Source: Podarcis cretensis (Eukaryota). From it: a stretch of DNA of 64,000 bases. This document shows, piece by piece, positions 25,560-38,260 of the stretch; within the stretch, counting starts at the first letter, position 1, and every line of letters starts with the position of its first letter. Below the pieces are notes generated by a model, which made no database searches, had not been told where the DNA came from, and was given only the letters and a program-made list of their open reading frames with translations. The stretch is taken from positions 135,966,001 to 136,030,000 of the forward strand of contig OX638149.1 of assembly GCA_951804945.1 (NCBI GenBank), written 5' to 3'. The translations under genes and the position numbers were made by a program.

Positions 25560-26340
25560 GACTAAGAACTATGAAAGTTCATCCTAGAAATGGAAAAGTA
25601 CCTTGGGAATGTCTGCTGGAAAAGGAAGGTATCTGTCAAGCACCTCATGTTCAGCAGAGAGGAGGCCTGTCTAATCTCAGCCAGGAGGGAGTGCCACAGG
25701 ATTGGGCCCACAATACTGAACACGCAGCTTCCAGTTGTTATAAGCCATGTATCTGAACCATGGAAGAACACTAGCAGAGACTCCCCTGGGGACCTCAATG
25801 ATCAAGCAGGGATATTGGGGACCAGGCAGTCCTTAAGGTATCCTGGACCCTATTTCTTAAGGAAGCCTTATAAATTAATACCAGCACTTTTACCTTGGTC
25901 TCACAGAGTATAGGCAGCCTCCACAACCTCATCCATTTCACAGCTGCAGCCAGACCATTCTCAGCCTCTTCTGAGTTAGATGCTATGGAGAAAAAGAGCA
26001 GAGCATCATCTGTGTACTGAGGACACTTTGCCCCCAGACTCCTAATGACCACTCTCAACAGCTTCAGGTGGATGTTAAACAGCACTGGTGCCAATATCAT
26101 GTCCTGTGGCACACCATAGCACAAGGGCTGTGGGGCTGACATAGTCTCTCTGCTGTCTTCTCCAGACAGGGCCTTGCAGTTGGAATGGAACCACCGGGGA
26201 GGGGGGAGGGGAAGTGCCCCAATGCCCATCCCACAGAGCTGGTCCAGGGAGATAGTATGGCCAATGGTTTCAAAAGCTGCAGACAGATCAAGGAGCAGAG
26301 ACACATTCTCCCTGTCCCAGGCACCAAAACAGAACACAAT
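25560..26340 (-). mobile_element. old degraded L2 fragment
   Basis: LLDLSAAFETI, GVPQ..LAP.LFNI and YTDD remnants in ORF 25795..26364. Confidence 0.75.
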
Positions 26341-26380
26341 GCTGCTGGCATTGCTAATGCACAAAGGATGTTTCTAGGTG

Positions 26381-26488
26381 AATCATAGAACTGTTGAGTT
26401 GGAAGCCACCCTGAAGATCACCTGGTCCAGCTCCTTGCAATTCAGAAATCTTTTGCCCAACGTGGGGCTCAAACCCGTGATCCCCAGA
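26381..26488 (-). mobile_element. tRNA-derived SINE fragment with CR1-type tail
   Basis: reverse of a tRNA-Lys-like 3' end (gagccccacgttgggc) joined to a CR1-like ccaactc...tctatgatt tail. Confidence 0.55.
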
Positions 26489-27159
26489 TGATCACATGTG
26501 TATAAGTATCACCACATGCAATCACTTTTCATTGCATGAAATGGCTGAGTCAGATGATGCCATGGCGATTTCAGAAATGAATGTGGTGTCGTATCTTACT
26601 TTTCAATAAGTCCCCAGCGCTTGGGCTCAGCTTAGCGGGGGGGGGGGGGGGGGGACTTGGGAAAAAAAACAGAAAGCTGGTAAAGTGTTACCAGCTGTAA
26701 ACTTTCACCCACAGCAGCTCCAGGCAAGACTGTTTGCAACTCTCAGATGTGCATCTAGAACCTCATCCTTATTCAAGTACAATGTTTCGTGGACCTCTCC
26801 TACATAAAAAGAAATAGCACATGCATATTCAGAATGGCTGCAGGATATACTTCCTGTTCTGTTTCCTAAACCATAAAGAAAATAAGGCTCTGAATTCATG
26901 TGATTTTCAGAGGAGAATAAATATTAGAGGGGAAATTGTGTTTACATTTCCAAAGAAGATGCATTCTTTCCCCAGCTGGAGTCACCTCTATTATTATATT
27001 CCTGCCATTTTAAGACAGACAAGGCTGGTACCTTAAAGACAAAGTTAATGACCCACCACATGGCTGCAATTCTAGCCATATCTGCTAACAAATAAGTTTC
27101 GCGGGTGGAGTTTTGTAATAGAGCACTAAGGAAAAAGCACTCACAGCAAGAGTCTGCAC

Positions 27160-27949
27160 TGTGATGGGGATCCAAAGGGCAGAGGGAAGGAAGTCTGCTC
27201 ACCCCCTTGGCATGGCAGCATTGCAGGACGGCAGAGGCTTCACTGGGGCCCTGACGAGGGAACTGGAACAGTGGTGCCCTTCCTGGTAGGCGGTAGAGGC
27301 TTAAGCCCCTCTGGATATCGGGAACTGGATCTCGCCTGCACCCAGATTTGCCTGATGGGGTGCAGGCTGGGGACTCAGGCTGTGCCAGGGGGCAGAGCTG
27401 ACGGAGCAGGTAGGCTTCCCTCAGATCCACCTCTTGCCCATTTAAGCAGCCCCCACCTGTTTGTTTCTTCACCAGATTTTTCTTCTGCCCACTCACCCTC
27501 GGTTTAAGCTGATAGTCAATGACTTTGCTGTGGCTACGGTGGTCACCGTTCTTTAAGGGGCTGGTAGGAATTTGCTCGCCGGGCTAATTGACACCAACCC
27601 AGTGGTCTTGCCTACCTCATAGCAACCATCACAACTAGTTTGGCATTGGGGCAATCCGAGTGGCCATGTCCATGTGCCCTGGGGGAGCCAGGGCTGAAGG
27701 CACTCCCCCAGACGGTGGTCCCTGTGGGGGTCACCCTATTTGATGTAAATCTTAGGAACCCCCACCTGGGTTGACCATGCGTCACTTCTGGCAGGTGGGC
27801 TGGAAGTATTTTGATTGCCCCTTGCCCAAACAAAACCATTTTCATCTGTATTCAATAAAGTTGTGGCCTGTTTTGACCCAAAAAACCAGCCTCATTAGTC
27901 TCTTATTTGCATGGGTCGGGGTATGGGGAACCAGACGCCTCATCTTGCA
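27160..27949 (+). mobile_element. probable solo LTR (intergenic)
   Basis: TG start, TATA-like catttaag near 27440, aataaagttgtggcc at 27854, CA end; no TSD found. Confidence 0.5.
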
Positions 27950-28015
27950 AGGAAAGCCTCTTCATAGTCTGTTTTCAGCTGAGTCCTCCAGCATCAGGTC
28001 AACATGCCCCCAAAC

Positions 28016-28281
28016 CAGGGCCGAAGCTAGGGGGTGGTGAGGTGGGCCCCCGCCAGGGGCGCAGGCAATGGGAGGCATGCAAAATCAGCTAAAAATGTGT
28101 CCATAAATGTCCCCTCCACCATTTGTCCACGATAAATATTGATTATTGCCTCATAATAAATGGTTTTAAATAGAAGGTGAATTGAATGGAGAGGTGGAAA
28201 TAAGAGCCAATTTGTCTGTGGCTGGAGGGCACAATCTGGACGGTTTTGCCAGGGGCGCAAGATCACCTAGCTACGGCTCTG
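28016..28281. mobile_element. hAT-type MITE
   Basis: TIRs cagggccgaagctagg / cctagctacggctctg; perfect 8-bp TSD ccccaaac. Confidence 0.85.
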
Positions 28282-29064
28282 CCCCAAACACAAGGAATTC
28301 AGAGAACTAGAAAGCGGCTGCCCCAGTGTCACCTCCTAAGTCCATCCCTACAAAAAGGGCTTCACCCCCCTCCTACTCCACTTACTCTAGAGTAGAACCT
28401 CAGCAGCTTCTGGGCCCCAGGGCAGGCGCTCCTCAAGGGTGCCCTGGGCACAGAGGTCCAATGGTGCCGTGTGATGGTCATCAGAAGCCACCTAGAGCAA
28501 GTGGCAATGCTGGACACTGGCTGGTGAGAAGGGGCAGTTCTGGTGGTGGCTGAAGTGGAGGGGTGGGTGGGGTGCTACCTCTTGTGCTTCCACTGCCTGA
28601 GGCAGGTGCTTCATTCCACCTCCCGTGTGGGCCGGCTCTGCCCTGACCTGTTCCCAAGCTACTAGCGGCTGCCTTGGTGCATATCCCTTGATTCCCTTCC
28701 CATCCGGATGCCCACCCACCATTCCTATTTCCTCTCCCCTCCACCATTTTCCACTCCCCCCCCCACACACACAATTGCACCTGCTCTTTGGCTGTTTGAT
28801 GGCATGACCTTCCTCGCAGTGGCGCACCGCCCATGTGGCTTCTGCTGATCTTCTGACCCTTCCACTTGGAAAATGTTTCGCAGTATGGCTGGGCTTTGGC
28901 CCTCTTTTTCTCAAAGTTGCCCCACAGATGGGAAAACCTAGACAGGGAGACCATCTTAAGCAGCCAGGAGAGAGTTTACAATGGAAAGGAGCTGCAATGA
29001 ATGTCCTCCAGCAAATCATTGTACGTAATACTCACATTTCTAAGTTGCATGTCTAAGGAGAAAT

Positions 29065-29346
29065 AAAGGTAAAGGTAAAGGGACCATCAGGTCCAGTCGT
29101 GGCCGACTCTGGGGTTGCGGCGCTCATCTTGCTTTATTGGCTGAGGAGCTGGTGTACAGCTTCCGGGTCATGTGGCCAGCATGACTAAGCCACTTCTGGC
29201 GAACCAGAGCAGCGCACGGAAATGCCGTTTACCTTCCCGCCAGAGCGGTACCTATTTATCTACTTGCACTTTGACGTGCTTTCGAACTGCTAGGTGGGCA
29301 GGAGCAGGGACTGAGCAACGGGAGCTCACCCCGTGGCGGGGATTCA
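29065..29346 (-). mobile_element. Sauria SINE, 5'-truncated
   Basis: (AAAGGT)n tail and body match the other copies. Confidence 0.9.
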
Positions 29347-29429
29347 AAAAGAAGAAGAAGAAAAAAGAGTATTTTCTGCTCCTTTGGGATATTGGTACCT
29401 ACAATTCCTAATAAGAAATCTTCTGGGGG

Positions 29430-29950
29430 TTTTTTTTAAATAAAAGTAATTTTAAACATTTTTTTCAATTCATTATATATCATTTCCCATAATGCTTTAA
29501 TTACTTTACACGACCACCAAATATGCTAAAAGTTACCTTCTTTTTCTTTACATTTCCAGCACGATTTGTACTTGTCTTATACAGTTTTGCTAACTTACTA
29601 GAAGTTAAATACCACCTGTACATCATTTTGATATAGTTTTCTTTCAGCATGCAACATGCCGAGAATTTCAAATCAGTTTTCCGTAACCTTTCCCAGTCTA
29701 AAAGTTGAGTATCAGTGTATCATTACGGATTTATCTGTTCTGTTCATCTTTCGTATACCGTTCCAAGAGCAATCTATACATTTTTGAGAGTAATTCTATA
29801 TTGTTTTCTAACAGATTTTTTTGAAATCTTGAGATCTCATAACTAAAACCTTTCTTTTTGCCTGTCTTGAAAATATCATTTAATTGGTGAAACTGTAACC
29901 AATCCCTTAATAAATCCATTATCTCTTCAAAATCTTTCAGTTTCACCTAA
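29430..29950 (-). mobile_element. L1 ORF2 C-terminal / 3' fragment
   Basis: DWLQFHQLNDIF...LSKMYRLLL peptide resembling squamate L1 ORF2; A-rich tail. Confidence 0.6.
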
Positions 29951-31220
29951 TATGTTCTACTTTGGTTAACAGCTCTCTATATGTCTCCCAGCTGTGACCC
30001 ATTCCTCCGTAGCGTCAGAGCTAGATTACTGCAATGTGTGCAGTTTCATCTGATTTGATGCAGACTGCCACATCTTGCCTCCTGCTGAGGGCTGGGCCAA
30101 ATGTTACAGAAGTGCTCTACCTTCTGAACTGCCTCTACAGGGGAAAGAAATTTGTCTCCCCAAATTCTTAGTATTCTCTCACATGAATCCCACAACACAG
30201 CATGGCCATGTAAACAAAACACACTCAGCGCCCCAGATCACATTGTCCGCAAGCACCCCAAACACACACTGGCAGCCAAAACTATTTTAAAGACATCTGG
30301 CAACAACATCCCTAAGACTGATAATAAAATAAAAACCAAGGAAACCATAGACTTTGACCACCTCATAATTCTGTCTCTGTCATCTGATGAGTCAGACCAC
30401 CACACTAGTTGGTAGGATTCAAATACAACTAACGTAGTGGTTTGTTAATGGATCTCATATGCCATTGACAGGAAAAAGCAGTTTAATCCTTCCTAATGTT
30501 GAGCTTTCTGAAATAATTACAGGCTGTCTTTTCACCAGATGCCAACAAAGAAGAATTTAGGTGTCATACCTTATTTGCAACAAAAGGAAAGTCCAAGGCA
30601 AATTTTCACATTCCATTACCCATGATTTGAATTCTTATGTTTTTTTAAAGGAAGTTTCATGTAGGGAAGCAAAATGCACAGACTTTAGGCATGTGTCTGA
30701 GTTTGCAGGACAATTTGTACCTCTCAAATTTCACATGCAGTATTTGAACACCCTCACATTAAGAAGACTTTGTGCCCAGGGCCATTTTTGGATCAATATT
30801 CTCTGAACATTTTCAAAATGTGAGGAGTACAATATAATATTGGAAATGGCTGTTAAGATTTCCCTGATATTCTGAAGGAATTGCAAAATTCTAGAGAGCA
30901 TTTGAACCGCAATGTGTTACCTTAGGTCTGTGTAGCCATGTGACAACTCCTTCTTTGGTTTACTAAATCATCGCAGCACTGCTGAAATCATTATTTCTTT
31001 GGCTGAACAACAAAAAGCTCTGGAATGTAGAAATTTGTAACCAGGATGATAATAAAAAAAATTATTTCCCTCCTTTCAAGATTAAAGAAACATGGCCAAT
31101 TAGAAGAGATGCACAGGACACAACTGTTTGTAATCTCCTGAATACAGCAAAAAAAAAAAAAACCCACCAGCTGAAGAGCCCAAGCCTTTGTGGTGAGGCC
31201 TACTTGACCCCACTAGACTG

Positions 31221-31356
31221 CAGCCTTTCTCAGCCTTTGGTCCTCAGATGTGGCTGGACTGTAACTGCCACCACCCCTGACCACTGGTCCTTCTAACTAG
31301 GGATGATGGGAGTTGTAGTCCAACAACGTCTGTGAACCCAAGGTTGAGAAAGGCTG
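31221..31356. mobile_element. hAT-type MITE (same family as 15031 and 62279), diverged
   Basis: TIRs cagcctttctca / tgagaaaggctg; core gggatgatgggagttgtagtcc. Confidence 0.8.
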
Positions 31357-31930
31357 GTCCAGAGCATGAGCCACAAATTAGAGAAATAAGTTAATGGAAT
31401 GTTTATATGGAATCTTCCTCGTTGTTAAGGAGTCCATCCAATGGGGTCTCAAACATAAGAGCTGTGTTGAAGTGTTTGATTGAACGGGTGAGATGTTACA
31501 GGAGACTGGAGGGAGGGGGACATGGATGTGAATGGAAACCCAATGACTCCAGGTGTGCCGGCTGTTCTTCAGACCTTTGTGCAGGAGTGGGAAACACTCC
31601 CCCCCCCCCGACCCCAGGTCTGAATCTTCCGTATCCTTTGCAGGTTGAATTTGACAGATAGGTGGCACTCACCATGGCATCAGGGGATGAACTTCTTTGA
31701 AGCACACCTTCAACAAGGTTTGCTCCAGGATGACAAAGGGGTTTGCATTGGCACTGCATTTTAGCAGGTGTGTCAATGAAAATTCACCATCCTTTGAGTG
31801 CTACTTACGCTTCATGTACATATCTTTGTATGCAATTTTGCTAAATATACATTTTTAAAATTTCCCCTTAAAAACACAATTTTGTATATTATTTTCACTT
31901 ATACATTTCTATTCACACTTTTCCCAGTAT

Positions 31931-32279
31931 AAAGGTAAAGGACCCCTGGATGAGCAGCGCTCATCTCGCTTTCAGGCTGAGGGAGCAGGTGTTTGTCCAC
32001 ATTCAGCTTTCTGGGTCATGTGGCCAGCATGACTAAACCGCTTCTGGCTCAATGGGATATCGTGACGGAAACCAGAGCACATGGAAATGCTGTTTCCCTT
32101 CCCGCTGCAGAGGTACCTATTTATCTACTTGCACTGGTATGCTTTCGAACTGCTAGGTTGGCAGAAGCTAGAACAGAGCAACAGGAGCTCATCACTATCA
32201 CACAGATTTCAACCGCTGACCTTCCAATCAGCAAGCCCAAAAAGCTCAGTGGTTAGGCCACAGCGTCACCCGCATCTCC
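31931..32279 (-). mobile_element. Sauria SINE, diverged
   Basis: similarity to other copies in the window. Confidence 0.88.
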
Positions 32280-33025
32280 TTTGCCCGGTATATGCATATA
32301 TAGAAACTACTCCCTTATTTATGGATGACCCCAGTTTACTTTCAAACTGACAGTCAGACATTGTGATCATCCTGTCCTGTTTCTGCTATGGGCTGTCAAG
32401 GCAGCACAAATACTGCATGCTGCTCATTCCTGTCACTCCTTTAATTCCAATGAATGCCAAAATAAAGGATGTAGGGCAATTCAGATCCACATGCAGGGGT
32501 TCATTCACATTCATAGCTTTTTAAGCAGACACTTCATGGAAGAATGAAGTTCAAGATCCATTCTTCACTGAGTACCCATCAACTGGCTGAAAGGGATAAA
32601 TTTTAGCATTGCTTACACAGGTTCCACATATCTATGGCATGGTGTGATTTACTGAAAGTCACCTCTTGGTGTCTGAATTCACCCTGTATTAAGAACATGG
32701 TAAAACAAGATGGCAAAAATGATTCAAATGTGCATTTTTAAATTTTATACTCCTCATTGCAGCTGCATTGACAACCTCAGGAACAACAACCACATTGTTC
32801 CTCAGGGAACAATGGAAAGTTCACAGTCTTTCCAGTCCATATGGTTTCCTTCCAGCCACAGCACTCAGAAACCCACATATTTGTACTGTATTCAGAACAG
32901 TGCCCTGCTACCTATTTTTGTAGACAGCAGCCCCCTCTTTTCCCAGACTATTGAATTCTGGCTAATGCAATAATTAACACCACCCCTACTGCCCACTTAC
33001 TTGTTGCTAAAGAGTTGGTCTCTGG

Positions 33026-33026
<1 letters not shown>

Positions 33027-33064
<38 letters not shown>
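33027..33064. repeat. (CA)n/(CG)n compound microsatellite
   Basis: directly visible. Confidence 0.9.
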
Positions 33065-33719
33065 CACTGTGCACAGAGGTAGCATTACTCATTCAACCAA
33101 CAAAAACCTAACAGCAGAAATATTGTCTTTTCTCTGAAGCCATTGCCAAAAAAGGTTTCTCTAGCGTGTGGCATCTGAGTCATGCAGAGCAAAGTCAAAA
33201 GCTTAGTGTAAAGGGGGAAAGTGCACAAATATTACCCGTGGGTGGCTGGGTGGGTGTGGGTACGATGTTGGGAGGTGCCTGGAGGAAAAGCGAGTTAAGA
33301 AAAATGTTCCTCTTTCAAGGCATCGTTGCCAAAGCGAACAGAAGGAAATCCATCCTGTGGTATCCGTCCAGTTGGATTTCTTGGGAAACTGATTTCAAGA
33401 TTCCCCTTCTGGTTTCTCTGGTGACTAGAAAATAAAGCAAACACTGCAGTGCGTTCCAGTCATGATGAGCACAGCCAACCAGGCAAGGCTGGTGCCATGC
33501 AAAAAGGCACAAGAACAGGCCAAACACACAGCTAACGTTACCTTGCTGAGCATTGGTGGAAATGCCAAAGAGGAAGGAGGATCAGGCCCAACCCTGTTCT
33601 CGAGACTGGACAGACTTTAAATCCCTTGCCCTCCCCAAAAGCTAAAAAATTGTCACCAAATGACTGACTCAGAGTGATACACCTGGAAGTCAAGGGAGGT
33701 TTGCTCCATAGTTCAAAAT

Positions 33720-34430
33720 GAACTATGTTTTCTCATCCAAAGTTATAAACATGTTAGGCAGGGATAACCAGCTGCACAAATATTAGATGGGGAACACTTG
33801 GCTGGCCAGTAGCATATGTGAAAAGGATCAAGGGGTCTTGGCGGACAACAAGATTAACACAAGTCAGCAGTGTGATGCAGCAGCAACGGCTGCATCAACG
33901 GAAGTCTAGTGTCCAGATCAAAGGGAAGTAATAGTCCCACTCTATTCTGCCTTGGTCAGACCACACCTGGAATACTGTGTCCAATTCTGGGCACCACAAT
34001 TTAAGAAGGATCTTGACAAGCTGGAACGTGCAGAGGAGGCTAACCAAGATCATCAAGGAACTGGAAACTAAGCCTTATGAGGAACAGTTGAAGGAGTTGG
34101 GTAAGAGGAAAAGAGGAGACTGACTGGAGATATGACAGCCATCTTCAAATATCTTAACGGCTGTCACATGGAAGATAAAGCAAGCTTGTTTTCTCCTGCT
34201 CTGGAGGGTAGGACTTGAATAAATGGCTTCAAGCTACAAGAAAGGAGATTCCAACTAAATTTCAGGAATAACTTTCTGATGGTAACAGCTGTTCAACAGT
34301 GGAACAGTCTCCCTCTGAAGGTGGTGGACTCTCCTTCCTTGGAGGTTTTTAAACAGAAGTTGGCTGACCATCTGCCATGTATGATCTAGTTGAGATTCCT
34401 GGGTCCCTCCCAACTCTATGATTCTGTGAT
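33720..34430 (+). mobile_element. CR1 LINE 3' portion
   Basis: encodes remnants of [20 protein letters not shown]; tctatgattctgtgat tail. Confidence 0.9.
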
Positions 34431-35243
34431 AAGCCAAGTTTTATATACTGGAAGAATGAATACCAGGCTCTTGCGCTCCCTGCCTGCCCCTTCAGTCCCT
34501 CCCTTGCCCGTTGGCTATGAGGCTTCATCTTTGCCAGAGTTCAGACATAATGGATCAAGGCAAACCAGGAAGAAAGCACTCCAGGTGGAGATGGGGGTGG
34601 GCAGGGGAATACATGCCTGCCCCATGCTTCTAGTTTAAGAAAATATCATAATTTATTAAATTTATATAGTGCCCTAAACCCGCAGGTCTCAGGGTGGTTC
34701 ACAGGTCAATAGACTAGACAATCTGGATGCAACCAATGTCTGAAAAGCTGTCCAGATATAATATTTATTGCCTCCTGCTGGTTATATATATATATATAAA
34801 CATTGGAATCAATTACACAGGAAGAGCCATTGTCAAGCAACAGCACAAGAAATAGCACAGGCTGAGTGAGCAACCTGCAGCTTCAGTAAGAAGCCCCTGG
34901 AAAATATCCATTAGGATCCCAGACCTCTCCCCAGATTTTGGGTTTCTGAATTAACAGGTTCTGCCAGGTGTTAGCAATGTCCTTTTCATTTCTGGCGAAG
35001 CTGTGATGTGTCACACATGCATGATGTGCACTGGGGGCCCTTCAAACAAGTATTGAGGGGGCCAAAGACACCTCGGCTCCCGAGAGTTGTTGTGCCTCAG
35101 CCAAACCCACCCAGTCACTGGAACTTCACAGAATATTTTTCCCTGCCCCTCCATTTTCAGGGACATTTTCTTCTATCACCCCGTTGTAAGGAGTGCAGAA
35201 AATCCCGAGCCAGGTGGATTGATGGTTTGATTCGGTATAAATT

Positions 35244-36675
35244 TGTTGTTGTTGTTTAGTTGTTTAGTCGGGTCCGGCTCTTCGTGACCCCATGGACCAG
35301 AGCACACCAGGCACTCCTGCCTTCCACTGCCTCCCGCAGTTTGGTCAAACACATGTTAGTCACTTCGAGAACACTGTCCCACCATCTCGTCCTCTGTCGT
35401 CCCCTTCTCCTTGTGCCCTCCATCTTTCCCAACATCAGGGTCTTTTCCAGGGAGTCTTCTCTTCTCATGAGGTGGCCAGAGTATTGCAGCCTCAGCTTCA
35501 GGATCTGTCCTTCCAGTGAGCACTCAGGGCTGATTTCCTTCATCATCATCATCATCATCCTCAAACCTTTTATTGGCATCGCATATAAACATCCATAGTA
35601 AATCAATACAGAATTACCACCTCCCCAACGTCACAAAACATTTGTCAAATGAAAAGAGGCAAAACAGTCTAATGTTACAGCTCTAGGTCTCCAGGGAGAT
35701 CAGACGTCTGCAATGTGTTTCTGCAACAAAAAACCAAATAAAGATATTTAGCCACTAACCTGGTGAGCTCCTGATCATTCCCCAGTAATAGAAAATGTAT
35801 GACCTCCAACTATGATTTCCATTTGGGGATGTAGAGTTGATCTAGAAACTGCTGGCGGAGATCAGCATATAGTTTACATTTAAGAACCATATGAGTAAGA
35901 GTTTCCAGCAGGTGGTCTTCACATGGGCAAATTCTTTCTCCTTCCACCATTCTCAAGAACCTACCCCAAAGGAGGTTTGATGGATTTGAATTAAACCCGG
36001 CCAACGAAAATGCCCCTCTTTCTTGAGGGATAAGCAGAAATTCAAGATAATTGTGATTAGTTTCATAAGCCCAAGAAAGTTGAAAGTAAAGAGGGGAACA
36101 TGTTTTCTCTGCTGTTGCTGTTGGTTCCTAACGTTCAACCTAATTTTTATTATAGCCTTGGCAGATGGTGGGGGCATCGATCACAAAAGTTCCATTGACA
36201 GTCCAAGTTGCTGTACAGTGGTACCTCAGGTTACATACGCTTCAGGTTACAGACTCCGCTAACCCAGAAATAGTGCTTCAGGTTAAGAACTGTACTTCAG
36301 GATGAGAACAGAAATCGTGCTCCAGTGGCACAGCAGCAGCAGGAGGCCCCATTAGCTAAAGTGGTGCTTCAGGTTAAGAACAGTTTCAGGTTAAGAACGG
36401 ACCTCCAGAATGAATTAAGTTCTTAACCTGAGGTACCACTGTACCTTTATGTTAAACTGTTGTAGCCCTGGGGAAAGAAAGGGGTCTGACAAGACTTCGC
36501 TAAAGAGAGGATCTTTGTCTAATGTGAGGTAGATGTATAACCAACATAGAAGAAATCTCACTCAGGCAACGGTCTCTAACTTGTGTTGACCTCCCTCTAG
36601 ACACAAGGCTTCAGAATGGATAGGTTTGATCTTGCAGTCCATGGGACTCTCAAGAGTCTCCTCCAGCACCAGAAT
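35244..36675 (-). mobile_element. BovB 3' fragment split by a nested LINE fragment (approx. 35541-36609)
   Basis: BovB 35244-35540 resumes at about 36610-36675; outer TSD tataaatt; inner element has a CCHC zinc-knuckle ORF and an (ATG)n tail. Confidence 0.8.
36216..36441. mobile_element. Tc1/mariner (Tigger-like) MITE
   Basis: TIR cagtggtacctcaggtta; TA TSD. Confidence 0.9.
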
Positions 36676-37350
36676 TATAAATTATATATGAGTATAAATT
36701 AGCTTCCTATTTTTCCTAACTTGTGTTTCTGAACTAACAATTGATATGCACTAAAATACTCACAAGCATTTGCACTTGGCCACAGGATGATAGAAGTTTC
36801 AGTTCTGAGGAATGATTTCCCACATGCTTTCTTTCAACCCCTTCCCCTAAATGTGGCAGCCGGACCGAGCAAAGAATGCTGCCAGGGGTTCTTTAGAATC
36901 CAGCCGGTTTGAGATTAGCACAGTCCCAAAATACTGGAAAACAATATTTATTCAATCACCAGAAAAAATTGTGTTTGCAACCAGGTCAGAACATGGGGGG
37001 GTTGGGGAGAGAGAGAAAGAGCAGCCACTACAAACAAATGATGGAAAATATTTGGAGAAATTTATGCAAAGCGGCCTCCTCCTCTTTGGGTGAGAAAAAG
37101 GGAAATCTCAGAAATGGTTCAGCCAACCGTCCTTATTTGAAAAGCAAGCAGCAGGGAGCGAGAAAGCAAAACCTATCAAAATATTCCGATTTCACTCCTA
37201 CCCCTTTCTAGAGTCACCAAACATCCTTGTAAAGAGAATCTGGACTAGAGGAAAATCTATATAACTGATTCAAAAATACAATCAGTATCAATTCCAGACA
37301 CCATGAAAAGTGTCGTTCTGAGAAATTTAGAATAACTGGTGACCTGGATA

Positions 37351-37497
37351 CAGTGGCGTAGCGTGGGTTGTCAGCACCAGGGGCAAGGCAAGTAATTTGC
37401 GCCCCCTAACCCGTGGATTTGCGCCCCCTAACCCTAACCCCCAGATGTTGCGCCCGGTGAGGCCGGCCCCCCTGCACCCCCCCACGCTACGCCACTG
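37351..37497. mobile_element. hAT-type MITE upstream of the COL6A2 promoter
   Basis: perfect TIR cagtggcgtagcgtggg; perfect 8-bp TSD cctggata. Confidence 0.92.
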
Positions 37498-37689
37498 CCT
37501 GGATACCAAGTTCCTTGGCAGGTTCACCAAAGCCCACGTCGCCTCCTTCCGTCCGCGATGGCAGTGCTGCCAGCTGGCCTTGGGAAGGGGGCGGTGGGCT
37601 GCTAGTTTACAATGGCACAGATTGTACTTTGAACAAGTGACGTGTTTGAAAAACTTTTGTCTTCCCCCTTTCCGTGATTTTTCTAAACG

Positions 37690-38260
37690 CTGCTGGGAGA
37701 CCCGTCGGGTGGGGGGGTCCCAAGCCCCTGGCGGGCGGGCACCGCGTTGGCGAAGGGCGCCCTGGAAAGGCACGAGAAGGGGCTCCCTGGGGAAGCTTCG
37801 CTTGCGCAAGAGGCAGCCGGAGCTGGAGACCCGGGAACGGTCCGCGCCCTCGAGCGCGAATGGTGGAGCCACAGCGCCGCCGGGTGGCCGCTGCCTCGGG
37901 TCGCGCTTGCTCCTCCGGGGGGAGGAGAAAGAGGCAGGACGGAGCCAGGCGCCCGCGCCCCGCCCGGAGGGCTCCCTCTCTCCACTCCCGAGTCAAGCGA
38001 CGGCAAGGAGCCCCTGTTGCCCAAGATGCAGCGCCCCTCGTGAAACGCGCGCCAGCCCTTCGTCCGCGCCCAGGAGCTGCCGCCAGTCGGATCCCCAGGT
38101 AAGCGGACGGCAGCTTCGCCCGCCGGCGCGCCTTCGCCCGCGGCTCCTGCTGGGGAAGCGCGGAGGAGCGCGGGCGAAGCTCGACGGGGCTGGGGCGGCG
38201 AGGGCGCGCCAGGGAAAGGAGGAGGCAGCCGCGCCAGGAATAGCGGGCAAGTCTGGGGGG
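37690..38260 (+). promoter_or_regulatory. COL6A2: CpG island / TATA-less promoter of COL6A2
   Basis: dense CpG and very high GC about 3 kb upstream of the start-codon exon; GC-box-like runs; pyrimidine tract near 37970-37990. Confidence 0.85.
37960..38098 (+). other. COL6A2: COL6A2 non-coding exon 1 (5' end approximate)
   Basis: strong donor cag|gtaagc at 38098/38099 inside the CpG island; exon 1 is non-coding in orthologues. Confidence 0.7.
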
